The position numbers and the translations under genes are program-made. Source: Eledone cirrhosa (lineage: Eukaryota). From it: DNA of 64,000 bases. The DNA lies in assembly GCA_964016885.1 (NCBI GenBank), contig OZ024751.1, forward strand, positions 48,918,001-48,982,000. Reading direction: 5' to 3'. Of this stretch, positions 27,937-41,811 are shown in pieces. The notes under the pieces were generated by a model. It was given only the letters and a program-made list of their open reading frames with translations. It had not been told where the DNA came from and did not search any database. Position 1 is the stretch's first letter; every line of letters begins with the position of its first letter.

Positions 27937-28182
27937 TGCTTATCCCGGTTTTATGGCGTGAAGCGACTGAGAGTACAAGACACCCCCCTGGACAGGACGT
28001 CAGTCCATCGCAGTGCTAATTTCCAGCTATTACTGGTACTCGTTTTCAGCTGAGTATACTGGAGCAACATGGAATGAAGTGTTTTGCTCAAGAGCACAGA
28101 AGGCAACCCAGGAATTGAACACAAGATATTATAGACATTATAATCGTAGGTCCAACACCTTCATCTCTAGGATACGTGCCTA
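27937..28182 (-). mobile_element. tRNA-derived SINE, family B (CORE-like), diverged
   Basis: Reverse complement contains CTTGAGCAAAACACTTCATTCCATGTTGCTCCAGTATACTCAGCTG, matching the core of the copy at 60084. Confidence 0.7.
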
Positions 28183-28442
28183 TAAATACCACACTTTATT
28201 TCTTAAGCGTACCTGAAAATCAACCAAAACATACGCTGGGGTGTTCAAATACCCACATATACCTATATATGCTTGTAAACGGGTTGGTGTATATTACCAG
28301 TATATTACATTGGTAAGGAATACTTAGATAAAGTATCCCTGTCGGAGCAAACTCTCATACACATGCATATTTATAGATACAATAAACATATATATACATA
28401 TATATTCATGTAAACACAAATATAGATATATATTATTTGTAT

Positions 28443-28476
<34 letters not shown>

Positions 28477-28620
28477 ATAATAATAAATATGAAGACTAAA
28501 ATCGAAAGAGGGCTCGATAAGGATAAATATATATCAAATATATAAGAACCCTAGAGCAAATATTTAATAAAATAACTTAAAATAAGCGATTCTTTGATTA
28601 AACTTCAATCTGTTATCTTA

Positions 28621-28708
<88 letters not shown>

Positions 28709-29038
28709 TTATATATATAACTATATATATATATATGTAAATATATGTATATATCTATATGTAAATATATGTATATATCTATATGTAAATATATGTATAT
28801 ATCTATATGTAAATATATGTATATATCTATATATATGTAAATATTTTTATACGTTTATATATATGTGCGTGTGTGCATATATGTATCTCTCTATGCATTT
28901 AGTATATTAACTTAATAAACGAGTGCTTAACTATCCCTACATTCATATGAACAACTTCACATACATCCACACAATCACATATATATATATATATAAAAGA
29001 AATCAAAAAACGCCTATATACTCAAACAATCTTTATTT

Positions 29039-29083
29039 TCTGACAATGTTTCATCCGTACCGTGGGGCAGGAATCATCAGAGA
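29039..29083 (-). ncRNA. Minimal type I hammerhead-ribozyme motif (Penelope-like element terminal repeat)
   Basis: Minus strand: tct-CTGATGA-ttcctgcc(ccac)ggtacggat-GAAAC-att-GTC-aga. Core CUGAUGA/GAAA/UC is intact, with a 3-bp stem I, a hairpin stem II with a U.U closing mismatch, and a 2-bp stem III. Confidence 0.6.
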
Positions 29084-32000
29084 GTTATAAACAAAAATAT
29101 AGTGTTGAATATAAGCTCTACCAAACTTAGTCAGCAGATCAGTAGAGATACAGTACAGGAAAATAAGAGGGAGATTGGAGATGAGAAGGATGGAGAGAAT
29201 GCGTAATGGGGTTGTTAGTCAACATTATAGCAAAATATGAGAATACAAGCAGATTTTCTCATAAGAAACTGAGGCATGTGAAGGTACACAAAAGCAATTA
29301 AAAGCAATTAAAGATAATTACAAAAGAGAGAAAAAGAAATTGAGGCATGTGAAGGCACACAAAAGCAACAAAAGAAGGTATGCATTGGTCACTATAGAAG
29401 ACAGGTGAGTTAGTTTTCCATGACTTAGAGTCATAGGTCGTATCTGCCCTAACAATGGGTTCATATGGTAAATCACAGGCCTACGAACATCACAAAGTCA
29501 ATATTAGAAAATGTATATATATATAACTGTATCTAGGAGAGAGAGGACATGAATATATACTTCTCTGTCGGTTCAACATTTTCTTTTTCAATTCCTGGAC
29601 AAATTCCAAGATAGGATTATGTATCAGTTTCTATATATGTGTCATGAGGCCCACCAAGACTTCCGTCTCTGTGACATAGAACCTCTATGATCACCGTTGC
29701 CGCTTCTTCTTCAGGATCTTCTGTACAGCATTCTGATAAATGGATGTGTTCATACGTACATTCATTTGATATGTGTTGTTGCTATTTCACATAAAATGCC
29801 AAACCTATGTCCTTTTGAAGCAGCGATGAAGCATTTTTTTTTATTCATTCCCTGATTGTCCATATCTCACTGTCATACCCGAGAACCGATTTAACTGTTG
29901 CTAAGAAAAACCTTATCTATTTTTCTCTATCAGGTTGGACAATGTAATCATATAAATCTAGAAATAGATGCAGTGAGCACGGCTGGAATGCCTTATTCTT
30001 GATCAGAAATGACATGCACTAAACAACACCAAACACAACAGATATTGTACATTGGTGGCATTTTACATTCCATCGGAAATGGCGAGGTTTGAATGACAGC
30101 CATTTTGTCTAGCTTCCTTGACGATAGTAGTATACTGCCTATATGGTTGACGAGATAAAAACCACACTTTCCTTAGGAGAAAATTATTTTTATTTGAACA
30201 TTGACGGAATATTTCATTTATTGCAGATCTGGATGTGAAAAATAATTTCTTTTAGGAATACGACAGAGTGCATCTTTGAGGAAACATGTTTGTATACAAC
30301 TAACACATTTTTATAGAATTTAAATTCGTTTTACAATGAATAGTTACAATTAAATTGACTTATGTTATTGGCAAAATTTCACAGATTTTAGGTCAGGGAT
30401 TTGTTCTATTGAATCAACGCCAGGAGATCGATTTCCGGATATGTGGTGAGGATGAAAAGAAATGTCACTCCCAGAAGGTTTCAAACACAGAAAATAACGA
30501 AACAGAATTAATTACTGCAATGAATTTAATCGTGTCGTTTTATCATGTTCGTAAAACTCAGCATCTGACGTCTTAGAGGTGATATAAAGATAAGACACAT
30601 CTCTTGAACTGTTGTGACAGATCAGTTTAAAAATACTGTCCTCTATATATTTCGTTTTAACGCAATGACAGGTAACTAAAGATATCGTCACTGTATTCAT
30701 TTTCATGTTTTAGTAGCCGAATGCTAACTTTCCAATAAAATATCTATCTTCTAAATTTAAAATACACATTAAATCCGTTGAATATTTTAGTAACACACAA
30801 GTGTTAGGTAAACTTAGCGGAGTCTATTCAGTTTCTCAAATTCATTTCGACCAGGTCTCATGTTTGAGGATCAAATACATTTAAGATGTGCTGCTTCTTA
30901 CAACAACAACATGTGTGTATTGGTTTATTCCTTCTCCAAGCATATCAGTCAACGAGGAATGCATAGTTTATGCAACCTGTGAGTTGGTGTTCCATCCTCT
31001 ATCCTCCCAGCCAGCCTTGACGTCATGAATAGATCCTACAAACCCCGTGGTTTCATTCTCCTTCTACATCTGTCATGAAGATATACAAAGATCATGGACA
31101 ATGCCACCTCCTTTCTGTCTAATACCTTACTGTAGTTAATGATTACGTGTATGTTATTTCAAATGTTTGTTCAGTTTCTATAGTTAGAATTCCCTTTTAT
31201 AAAGTCCACATAATTAAAATTATTAATTACAAAACGTTAGAAGTAATAAGTATACAATATTAAATGTATAAACTTATTAAATTATAAAATACAAGACATT
31301 AAAACTACAAAGTACATATTAAAGTACAGAGTACAACTACAAAATACAAACAATAAAATTATAGAGTACACTATATTAAATGTACAAAATAGAAAATGGG
31401 AAATATATGCAATTACAAATTACAAAGCGGTAGGCACAGTATTAACATCATAATACTCCACGGCTCTTCAAGTGTATATACTCCAACAAAATGGATCGAA
31501 GACTAAAGTACTTTTCCTAGGAGTCATCAATCTTCTCGATAGCAAACGTCTCCAATGCCTCTTTTTCTCACGAAAGGCAACATATGAAGAAAGACAGGCA
31601 AAATTCTTACTTGGCCTTAAAAGGAGTTTGTTCCCAGAACAAGTTATTTTATATCCAACAACAGGTAATACATTTTTAGAACTCTGCTTCAGAAATAACG
31701 TGGATATTATCTATAATGTAAAGTGACACTACCCTGTTTCTCCGACTATAACATTGTAAACCTAACGATATATAGTTCGAAGAAGACTATATAAATGCAA
31801 CCTACTTAGCACTAAACCAAACTCAAACATTCTCATAAAAAGGAGAGGGCAGAAAACGAAGTGAGGGATATAGAAAATGTAAAAAAATTAACCTTAAACT
31901 GCCAGCAACAGTACACTGGAGTACAGTACAAGATGAAAATGACTCACAGACTACAGATCCCAATGGATAAATGAAATTACCCCATTCACCAAATCTAAGG

Positions 32001-32220
32001 CAAGGATAAGATACTGTAATAGCATGTGTTGCAAGAGACCACATCTCTTTCACTACGTTTCCATTTAACTTGGGCAATTCATTTTATATAAATTATTCTT
32101 CAAACAATTGTAATTAACTAAACGTTAATGTTACCTCTAATATATTTGTTTTTAGATCTGTAATTTCACATGTGTATAATAAGTTAATAGAAGAGAACAT
32201 GGGATTTGAAACGCATCAGT

Positions 32221-32407
32221 AATAATTGTTTCTACTTTTGGCACAAGGCCAGCAATTACCCAGTGCATTACTGGTACTTCATTTTATAGACCCCGTAAGG
32301 ATGAAAGGCAAAGTTAACCTCGTCGGGATTTGAACACAGAATGGTAAGGGTCGTAACTCTATGCGTCAAAGCATGGCCTCCGACCTTCTACCGACACTGC
32401 CAATCTG
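32221..32407 (-). mobile_element. SINE family A
   Basis: Reverse-complement match to 25519-25710 and 35884-36072. Confidence 0.85.
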
Positions 32408-33193
32408 TAATAATGGAATACAGATATTTCTCGCAGATAAAACCATGATTGTAGATAAAACATTTGACAGTGCGTTATATTCAATAGTCTGATGAAATGA
32501 TTACTTTGTAAATATGTAACCAATTGTATCTCTGTAAGATACCAGTAATTTCAGGAGCCACCCAAGAGAGCTAGACGTTAAAGTTGCACTCTGAGTAGTT
32601 TTAAACTAAATTACTGTCATATTTCTTCCTCTGTTTCTAGACTTCTAACTTTAATAGATATATCGGCTGTCTAGCGCGCTCCATGGTTCCCCGTTCTCAA
32701 GAGCCGTGGAATTAAAAAAACTTTTTCTACAAAAAAGAAATTAGAAGTACAGTTTGCAAAAGTAGAGCTACGCTTTAAGTGAATCACTCTTCCCCCCCAC
32801 TCTCCCCCTCTCTCTGAAAAAAAAATAGTTATATAGTTATATATACACACATACACAAGCTAACACACACAAACACACACACACACACATATATATATGA
32901 CTCTCCCACAGAGTTGGATGCATGACCGTTCATTTGTCATCTCACCTACCCACACAATGATTTTCACGCTCAAGATTTCTGAGAGTTTCTGATGCTCATT
33001 CACCCAGATTCAAATATACGTATTTACCAAAATATCCAAGGTGCATCACTGACAGCTGACTTCTCCGTCAGTCTCAGTGATGAACAATATCTTGCTAAAC
33101 CTATCAAGTTCCTTCTTGAGACATTAACGTGTCAACGGATGTGGATGTATCTCACAGCTACATGTACTCTTAAATTGATTCTCCGGTCGAAAG

Positions 33194-33238
<45 letters not shown>

Positions 33239-33584
33239 AGGAAGACGTGAGCAATTGTTAGGTATTTTAATAACCCATGGAAGGATCAAAGGCAAACTAA
33301 ACGACGGTAAAATTTGAACGCAGAATACGGAGGGTGCTAATGTATATTGCGATGCTTTCTATCCAGTGGGACTCTCACAACTCTACCAATTTGACTCGTT
33401 AATATAGACTAAGTATAGTCAAAGGGAAGGGCCCGTAAATCTTCATGGAATCGTAGGGACGTCACCTTCACACGCAGCGTTCTTCTGGTATCTTAAACCT
33501 GGCGCAGCCCATCATTCTCAATGTCTGAACTCAGCCGGGGTTTTCTAGAAAGAAAGAGAAAGAGAGAGATGAGTAAGAGATAGT

Positions 33585-33713
<129 letters not shown>

Positions 33714-34261
33714 GAGCGAGAGTCATAAATAGTGATCAGAGAAGAATCTACCTCAGTACTGGACTGGGGTTGATTTATGAAAAAAGAATGGAAGAAAAAG
33801 TTGACCTCGGTGGGATTTGAACTCATTCAGTAGTGATCCAGAACAAATCCTGAAATTATTCTTTATCAGACTCCCTAACGACTCTTCCGATTCGGTGCCT
33901 TACTCTAAACTAAGACCTGCATTAGTTCAAGCACTGTGCATTCATCCGATCCCATTGATCTTGTTTCTATATCGAGTTGAATGTTGTCTATAAAGCAAGT
34001 AGTGCCAATGTTGTTATATCTCTGTAATACATTGGTTTCTACTTGAAAGAAAAAAAAAAATCAGAGTTGACAGCGAAACGAAAGCTTGTCAATAAGGAAT
34101 CACGCACAATGTAAAACAAGAGCACCTGCTCCACCTCTATAGAGACGCCAACCAAAAACAACAGCTGCTCGCAAGAGGAAACATACTCAAAGCGGCTCAC
34201 ATACTTATATACATGTACATATACAACATATACATACATGTATACTTACATAAAATCCAAA

Positions 34262-34308
<47 letters not shown>

Positions 34309-34328
34309 ATAAGCATATATATAAATAA

Positions 34329-34374
<46 letters not shown>

Positions 34375-34429
34375 AATATATATATACATATATATATATA
34401 AACAGACACGCACATATACCATATGGGTA

Positions 34430-34615
<186 letters not shown>

Positions 34616-35066
34616 TACATATGTATGTGGGCTTCTGTGTTTATTATTTACGCATCGAGACAGACAAAATAATTACAAATCGATCACGTGAGATTTTACG
34701 ATAGGTCAATCAGTTAATTCCAGCGAATGAGGAATTGATGAGTTGGCAGTAGCACCGAAGCACCAGACAGAGATATCCTATACGTGGTTACATGACCTGC
34801 TAGATATAGCAACCAAGTATACGCCATCAACCTATGATCCCGTCTGAATATTGTGTGCTTTACTGAAATTACTCCCTGATACTCAATATGCATGGTTGTT
34901 GAGATTGAGAGAAACGATCTACTTAGGTTAACCTTATACATGTCCGCTCAACTTGATCTGAGCTTGTGTTGATGGCGCCTCCCCATTGAATCACATTTTT
35001 CAGACCTTTGCCTAAGATGAATCGAATATTGTTGAGATTATAGTGGACATTAATGAGTACTAATAT

Positions 35067-35286
35067 TGGTTTCTTATATAAGCACAAGGCCAACAATTTT
35101 GGGGGAGAGGAAAGTCGATTAAGTCGAATCCAGTGCGTGACTGGTACTTTATTTTATCGACCCCGTAAGGATGAAAGGCAAAAAAGATAACCTCGGTGGG
35201 ATTTGAACTCAAATCATAAAGAACCGTAACTCTATGCTGCAAAGCATGTTATCCGACGCCCTACCGATACTGCCAATCCGCTGCCC
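35067..35286 (-). mobile_element. SINE family A (longer 3' variant) with 16-bp target-site duplication
   Basis: Flanked by TAATGAGTACTAATAT (35051-35066) and TAATGAATACTAATAT (35287-35302). Confidence 0.85.
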
Positions 35287-35643
35287 TAATGAATACTAAT
35301 ATCGATCTAAGGTCTTGTGTATATAGGGGCAAGCTAGAGTCGATAACATCGACCACAGTTTATGACAGGTATTTTAATTTAAACATCACCAAAATGGTGA
35401 AATAACAAACGAGGGTATACGATATAAGATTTTAATTGAAATATAATGAAGTCCGAATATGGTCTAGCAATTGTGAATAATCTATTATAATAGACTCAAA
35501 GCAATGATATTACTAACTATGTTATTAGTAAGGATGTCTGATTCAATGTTACTAGTTAGGGCATCTGCTACTGTTGAAGAGGGCAATGATGATTACTGTG
35601 AGGCAACAGACAGGCTGAATTAATGATAATGAATTTAATTTGT

Positions 35644-35714
<71 letters not shown>

Positions 35715-35723
<9 letters not shown>

Positions 35724-36151
35724 AACAAAAGATGGTTAAAGGAGTTCCATGTATTTTATTATGCGCATTTCAAAAACAAACATCATCATGCAATAATATT
35801 TGTGTTTTCATCAGATAAAACAGGAGGACATGATATGAAGGCTAAAAAACACTTGTGGATAGTGCAGTTTTAAATCAACACATGGGCGGTGGATTGGCAG
35901 TATCAGTAGAGGGTCGGACGCCATGCTTTCCAGCATAGTTACGTCCCTTTACGATCTGAGTTCAAATCCCGCCGAGGTTGACTTTGCCTTTCATCCTTAC
36001 GGGGTCGATAAAATAAAGTACCAGTAATGCACTGGGTAATTGCTGGCCTTGTGCCTAAAGTAGAAACAATTATTGCATGATGATGTTTGTTTTTGAAATG
36101 CGCATAATAAAATACATGGAACTCCTTTAACCATCTTTTGTTCTTATATAT
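35715..36151. repeat. 83-bp perfect inverted repeat (35715-35797 / 36069-36151) enclosing a SINE
   Basis: The same peptide YKNKRWLKEFHVFYYAHFKNKHHHAII appears on both strands in the ORF track; the arms are reverse complements. Confidence 0.92.
35884..36072 (+). mobile_element. SINE family A, full length
   Basis: GGGCGGTGGATTGGCAGTATC head, B box GTTCAAATCC, core, AAACAATTATT tail. Confidence 0.88.
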
Positions 36152-36237
36152 TATGTATACTCCAGTCCTACAAACTGTAGAGTGCTTCTTATCCGATATC
36201 TGCATTGCTTTATTGTACTACAATAAAACTCACCTCC

Positions 36238-36293
<56 letters not shown>

Positions 36294-36610
36294 CATCCTC
36301 AGTATATACTGAGGATGAAAAACTCAGAGCTGTACGGGAGCCTCTCAAAAGTCAGCTCAAAAGTGACACAGAGGAGACTGAGGTTAGCTGGACATGCTCA
36401 CCGACATCCAGAGTTGACATTGCACTCAGTGCTCCTGTATGAGCCCCTACATGGACACACTGGAAGAGGAAGACCAAGGTTAACGTATGTTGATTCCCTA
36501 AAGACAGATAGTGGCTGGTCTATTGGAGACGCAGGACATGGCAGCAATAATGAGGGACATAGACCGTTGGAGAGAACTCGTCCATGGATCTCGGGAATTT
36601 TACCCGCCCT

Positions 36611-36612
<2 letters not shown>
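36294..36612 (+). mobile_element. RTE-type LINE fragment, C-terminal part of the reverse-transcriptase ORF, between TA arrays
   Basis: Translation NSELYGSLSKVSSKVTQRRLRLAGHAHRH..VLLYEPLHGHTGRGRPRLTYVDSL fits the RRLRxAGHxxR...GRPxxTxxD motif at the end of RTE-clade ORFs. Confidence 0.8.
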
Positions 36613-36647
<35 letters not shown>

Positions 36648-37009
36648 AAAGACACAATTGCTTTTTTCCCTGGATTTCATAAAATCTGTGGGTAAAATTT
36701 CTGTCTTGAGTTTTTTTTTAATTGAGTTTGAATTATTTTCCCATATTTTACGTTAAATATTTTCCATCTTGACGTTATAGTCACTTATATATTATGAAAT
36801 ACTGTTGGCTTCTTGCTCACATTAATTTCTCTGTTTTCATTTATATAATATATATATGTATATATATAAAATAATTGTCAAATATGTAAACTTTGGCTTC
36901 GTTTATTATAAATTATAGATATACTGCTACCGAGTAAACAAACCAACCTGCGTACTTCGTCGAGTTCTCCAATCTGCATACTGAGGTGTCGGTAAACCAT
37001 ATACTCAAA

Positions 37010-37078
<69 letters not shown>

Positions 37079-37233
37079 TAAAGTTGGTCCTTCATCAGTG
37101 ATCTTCCAACCATCCTCGGTATTTCTTCGCTTTAAAGACCATATACCTCCGGTTGGTGCGAGCAACGGCTAAAGAAATATATATATATATATATATGTGT
37201 GTATGTGTGTGTGTATACATATCTATACAGATA

Positions 37234-37442
37234 TATGAAAATATTCAGGACCCTGAGGTCTGGCCGTTTCGACAACTAGATCCGAACTCATCAAAATAGT
37301 GAGTTCAAATCTAGCTGTCGGAGCGGCCGGAGCTCAGCCGTCGGGGTCCTGAATCTTTTCATACTACCCACTCTACTACACCAAGTATCGAGTACTCTGG
37401 TAGGTTATGCTCTACCTGGTTTTTTACCATACCCTATCTGCT
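37234..37442 (+). mobile_element. Fold-back element with hammerhead-like core, copy 1 (Penelope-like)
   Basis: Inverted arms ~37234-37290 / 37300-37363, plus a tail homologous to 50900-50977; flanked by TA repeats. Confidence 0.7.
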
Positions 37443-37833
37443 ATATATATATATGCAAAACGTGAAAGGAAACAAACTAAATAACACAGAGCAATGACGA
37501 AATATATTACTTTAACGCTTGGTATAGTATTAACAGTTTCAGATACTAGTCCTTCATCACAAATATAAAAATGTCTGAGAGTAGCATGTGGCGAGTGGGG
37601 GATAAAATTTAGTCAACCAAGACAATCCTCACAGTTTGCGACATGTCCATTGACCTATAGTAGAAGAAATTGCCTTAGTTGGCGGACTGAGAAAATTGTA
37701 GATGTGAAGTGAAATCGTTAACCGAATAACTAAGCCTGCGCCTACACACACAGACATACACAGACGCACAGATACATACACAAACACACAGACACATACA
37801 CATGATTTAACACACACATTTGTAATAGCACCT

Positions 37834-37889
<56 letters not shown>

Positions 37890-38062
37890 GACTCTGTGTG
37901 AGAGTGTGTGTGTGTGTTTGTGGAAAAGTAGGCACAGGCATGTTTAAGAAATTCACTTCACAGCCACGTGGTATCATGGTATCAGTGTTGACCAATGCTT
38001 GTGGGTGGGATTTGGTTAGACAGAATATGTGCGGATGCCCGTCAGGAACACACACGCGCACA

Positions 38063-38200
<138 letters not shown>

Positions 38201-38303
38201 GATGCACACACACACACGCATACACACCACACACCACACACATATACAATGTGTGTGTTCATGTGAGTATGAATGAATGTATGTGTATATACACACATAT
38301 ACG

Positions 38304-38377
<74 letters not shown>

Positions 38378-38507
38378 ATGCATGAGAAAGAATAAGAAAA
38401 CGGAGAAGATAAAGGGATATGTTAAATAGAGGGGGGTGGACTAAGACAGAGAGACAGAGAGTGAGAGAGGGAGAGTGAGAGAGAGCGAGAGCGAGAGAGA
38501 GAGAGAA

Positions 38508-38591
<84 letters not shown>

Positions 38592-39148
38592 AAGGGTGAT
38601 AGATGGGGTGAGAGGAGACGAGACACCCTGACACATTAGCATACATACACGCATTCACATACAACATACACTCATACACACACAACCAGGCATACATATT
38701 CATACACATGACCTGGCATACACATTCACACACTCACACACACACATATGCTCACAGAAACGCACTCACACAACCGACACACGCTCTTTGAAAATCCCAC
38801 ACTCACACCTGCACCTACGCACACAAACACACGCAAACCCACATGCCCAAACACACTAGCACATACACAAAGACACACATACACACACAGATACAAACAC
38901 TACTTATTACACACACACCCTGGTATATACACGCATAGACACATACAAATGTACACACGCACACACACACACGCATAGACACATACAAATACACACACAC
39001 ACACATATAGACACATACAAATGCACACACACGCATAGACACATACAAATGCACACACGCACACACACACTATCTGGGTGAGTTCTCATATATGTTACTG
39101 TAGCATATTCCTAGTATAACCAAATTCGAGGTTATGTATGCCCCAAGA

Positions 39149-39703
39149 CAACCCAACCGTGACCCTCTCGTCCTTTCCTATAGCTGGAGACCCACGCAGT
39201 CCAACCCAACCGTGACCATCCCGTCCTTTCCTATAGCTGGAGGCCCATGCAGTCCAACCCAACCGTGACCCTCCCGTCCTTTCCTATAGCTGGAGACCCA
39301 CGCAGTCCAACCCAACCGTGACCCTCCCGTCCTGTCCTATAGCTGGAGACCCACGCAGTCCAACCCAACCGTGACCCTCCCGTCCTTTCCTATAGCTGGA
39401 GGCCCACGCAGTCCAATCCAACCGTGACCCTCCCGTCCTTTCCTATATCTGGAGGTTCACGCAGTCCAACCCAACCGTGACCCTCCCGTCCTTTCCTATA
39501 TCTGGAGACCCACGCAGTCCAACCCAACCGTGAACCTCCCGTCCTTTGCTATAGCTGGAGGTTCACGCAGTCCAACCCAACCGTGACCCTCCCGTCCTTT
39601 CCTATATCTGGAGACCCACGCAGTCCAACCCAACCGTGACCCTCCCGTCCTTTCCTATAGCTGGAGACCCACGCAGTCCAACCCAACCGTGACCCTCCCG
39701 TCC
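39149..39703 (+). repeat. 53-bp GC-rich minisatellite, ~10.4 copies
   Basis: Unit ACCCAACCGTGACCCTCCCGTCCTTTCCTATAGCTGGAGACCCACGCAGTCCA starts at 39151, 39204 ... 39681 (10 x 53). Confidence 0.95.
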
Positions 39704-40432
39704 CATAACTACCACCACCACCAACTTCAATACTACATATACTATCACCACCACCACAACCACCACCATCATCAGCACCACCATCACCATCATCACCAAC
39801 ACCACCACCACCACCTACAATACTACATATATCATCACCACCACCACTAGCACCTTCACTATAACACATACCCCCACCGGCACAAACTCGACCACCACCA
39901 ACACCGACACTACTCCCACCATCACTATTACTGTTAACACCATCACCACAACCACCTCCACTACTATATATACCACCACCGCCTCCAACACCAATAACCC
40001 TCTTACCACCACCACCACCACTCCGAACCTCACCGCCACTACCACCATCATTACTAACACCACCACCGCCATCATCAGCATCAATGCTACCATCACCACG
40101 ACTGTCCCCACCAGCACCACCATCACCAACTCCACTACCACACCACCACCAGCACCACCACCACCATCACCATCACCGCCACCACTACTATCATCCTCAT
40201 ATCTAACACTACTAGCACATATACCACCACCGCCACTACAGCACCACCACCACCACTACAGCACCATCATCACTACAACACCACCGCCACCACCACCACC
40301 ATCACCACTACCACACCACCACCACCACCACCACCACCATCATCACTACAACACCACCACCACCACCACCACCATCATCACTACAACACCACCACCACCA
40401 CCACCACCACCACCACCACTAACATAATCAAA

Positions 40433-40471
<39 letters not shown>

Positions 40472-40515
40472 GCTGCTGTTATTGCTGCTGCTGCTACTGC
40501 TGCTACTGCTGCTAA

Positions 40516-40584
<69 letters not shown>

Positions 40585-40894
40585 CGCTGCTGCTAACTCT
40601 ACTACTACTACTACTACTACCCCTACTGCTAATATTACTAAGACTACTACTACAGCTCCTACTATTGATGGTGTTGCTGTTGTTATTATTACTGCTTCTT
40701 CTACTGCAACCGTAACCGTCACCACCACTACTGCTACTAGTAGTAGTTGTAGTAGTAGTAGTACTACTACTACTACTACTACTAGTAGTAGTAGTAGTAG
40801 TACTACTACTACTGCTGCTACTGCTACTACTACTACAACTTCTCTTATAGTCTATTACTACTACCACTACTGCAACTACTGCTGCGACTATTAG

Positions 40895-40937
<43 letters not shown>

Positions 40938-41145
40938 GTTGCTAATACTACTGCTGCTGTTGTTGCTACTACTGCTACAACTACTACTCCTACTACTACC
41001 ACTACTGCTGATGCTACTACTACTTCAATTACTACTAAGATAATCAAAACTACTACTACAACTACTACTCCTACTACTACCACTACTGCTGATGCTACTA
41101 CTACTTCAATTACTACTAAGATAATCAAAACTACTACTACTACTG

Positions 41146-41182
<37 letters not shown>

Positions 41183-41268
41183 GTGTCGACTGTCGAGACT
41201 GAAGTAAATAAGGCAAAGTGGATTGACAAATGCCTTTATAGCAAAGTTTAACCGCACAAATACAAAAA

Positions 41269-41322
<54 letters not shown>

Positions 41323-41380
41323 CACTACTACTACTACTGCTGCTGCTGTTGTTGTTACTGCTACTGCTGGTGGTGCTGCT
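39704..41380 (+). repeat. Compound (CAC)n/(CTA)n/(CTG)n trinucleotide region with an internal 81-bp duplication (40975 / 41056)
   Basis: Direct inspection; the LIILVVIEVVVASA peptide repeats at a 27-aa period in the minus-strand pseudo-ORF. Confidence 0.9.
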
Positions 41381-41702
41381 TTGCCTCTTCTCTAGCTGCA
41401 ACCTCAGCAACAACAAACAATAACAACTTACGCAAGAAGGAAAGTATAACAAACATTTACAAGAAACGTACGACCAGTAACGGAAAGGATAGAGAGAGAG
41501 CGAGGGGAGAAGGAGAGAGTGAAAGAGAAAGAGAAAGAGAAAGAGAGAGAGAGCATATCGACAGAATGAGAAAGATCGTGAGAGTGAGAGAGTGAGAGAA
41601 AGAGAGGGACATATCGATAGAGTGAGATAGAGCGCGAGGGTGATATATATATAACTATATATCTATATCTATCTATCTATCTATCTCTCTCTCTATATAT
41701 AA

Positions 41703-41735
<33 letters not shown>

Positions 41736-41766
41736 AATATATTTAATATATATTTAATATAGAAAA

Positions 41767-41811
41767 GGCTTCTACAAGACTAGAACTGTTTCATTCGGCA
41801 GAATTCATCTG
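41767..41811 (-). ncRNA. Decayed hammerhead motif, same family as 50425-50476
   Basis: Minus strand: CAGATGA-attc(tgcc)gaat-GAAAC-agttctagtctt-GTA-gaagcc; the 5' strand of stem I is deleted. Confidence 0.5.

Noticed and set aside
31470-32080. Possible highly decayed LINE fragment on the minus strand
   Set aside because: Only vague Cys/Trp spacing; no recognisable motif without a database search.
39149-39703. CRISPR-like array
   Set aside because: Units are contiguous with no unique spacers; eukaryotic context with no cas genes.
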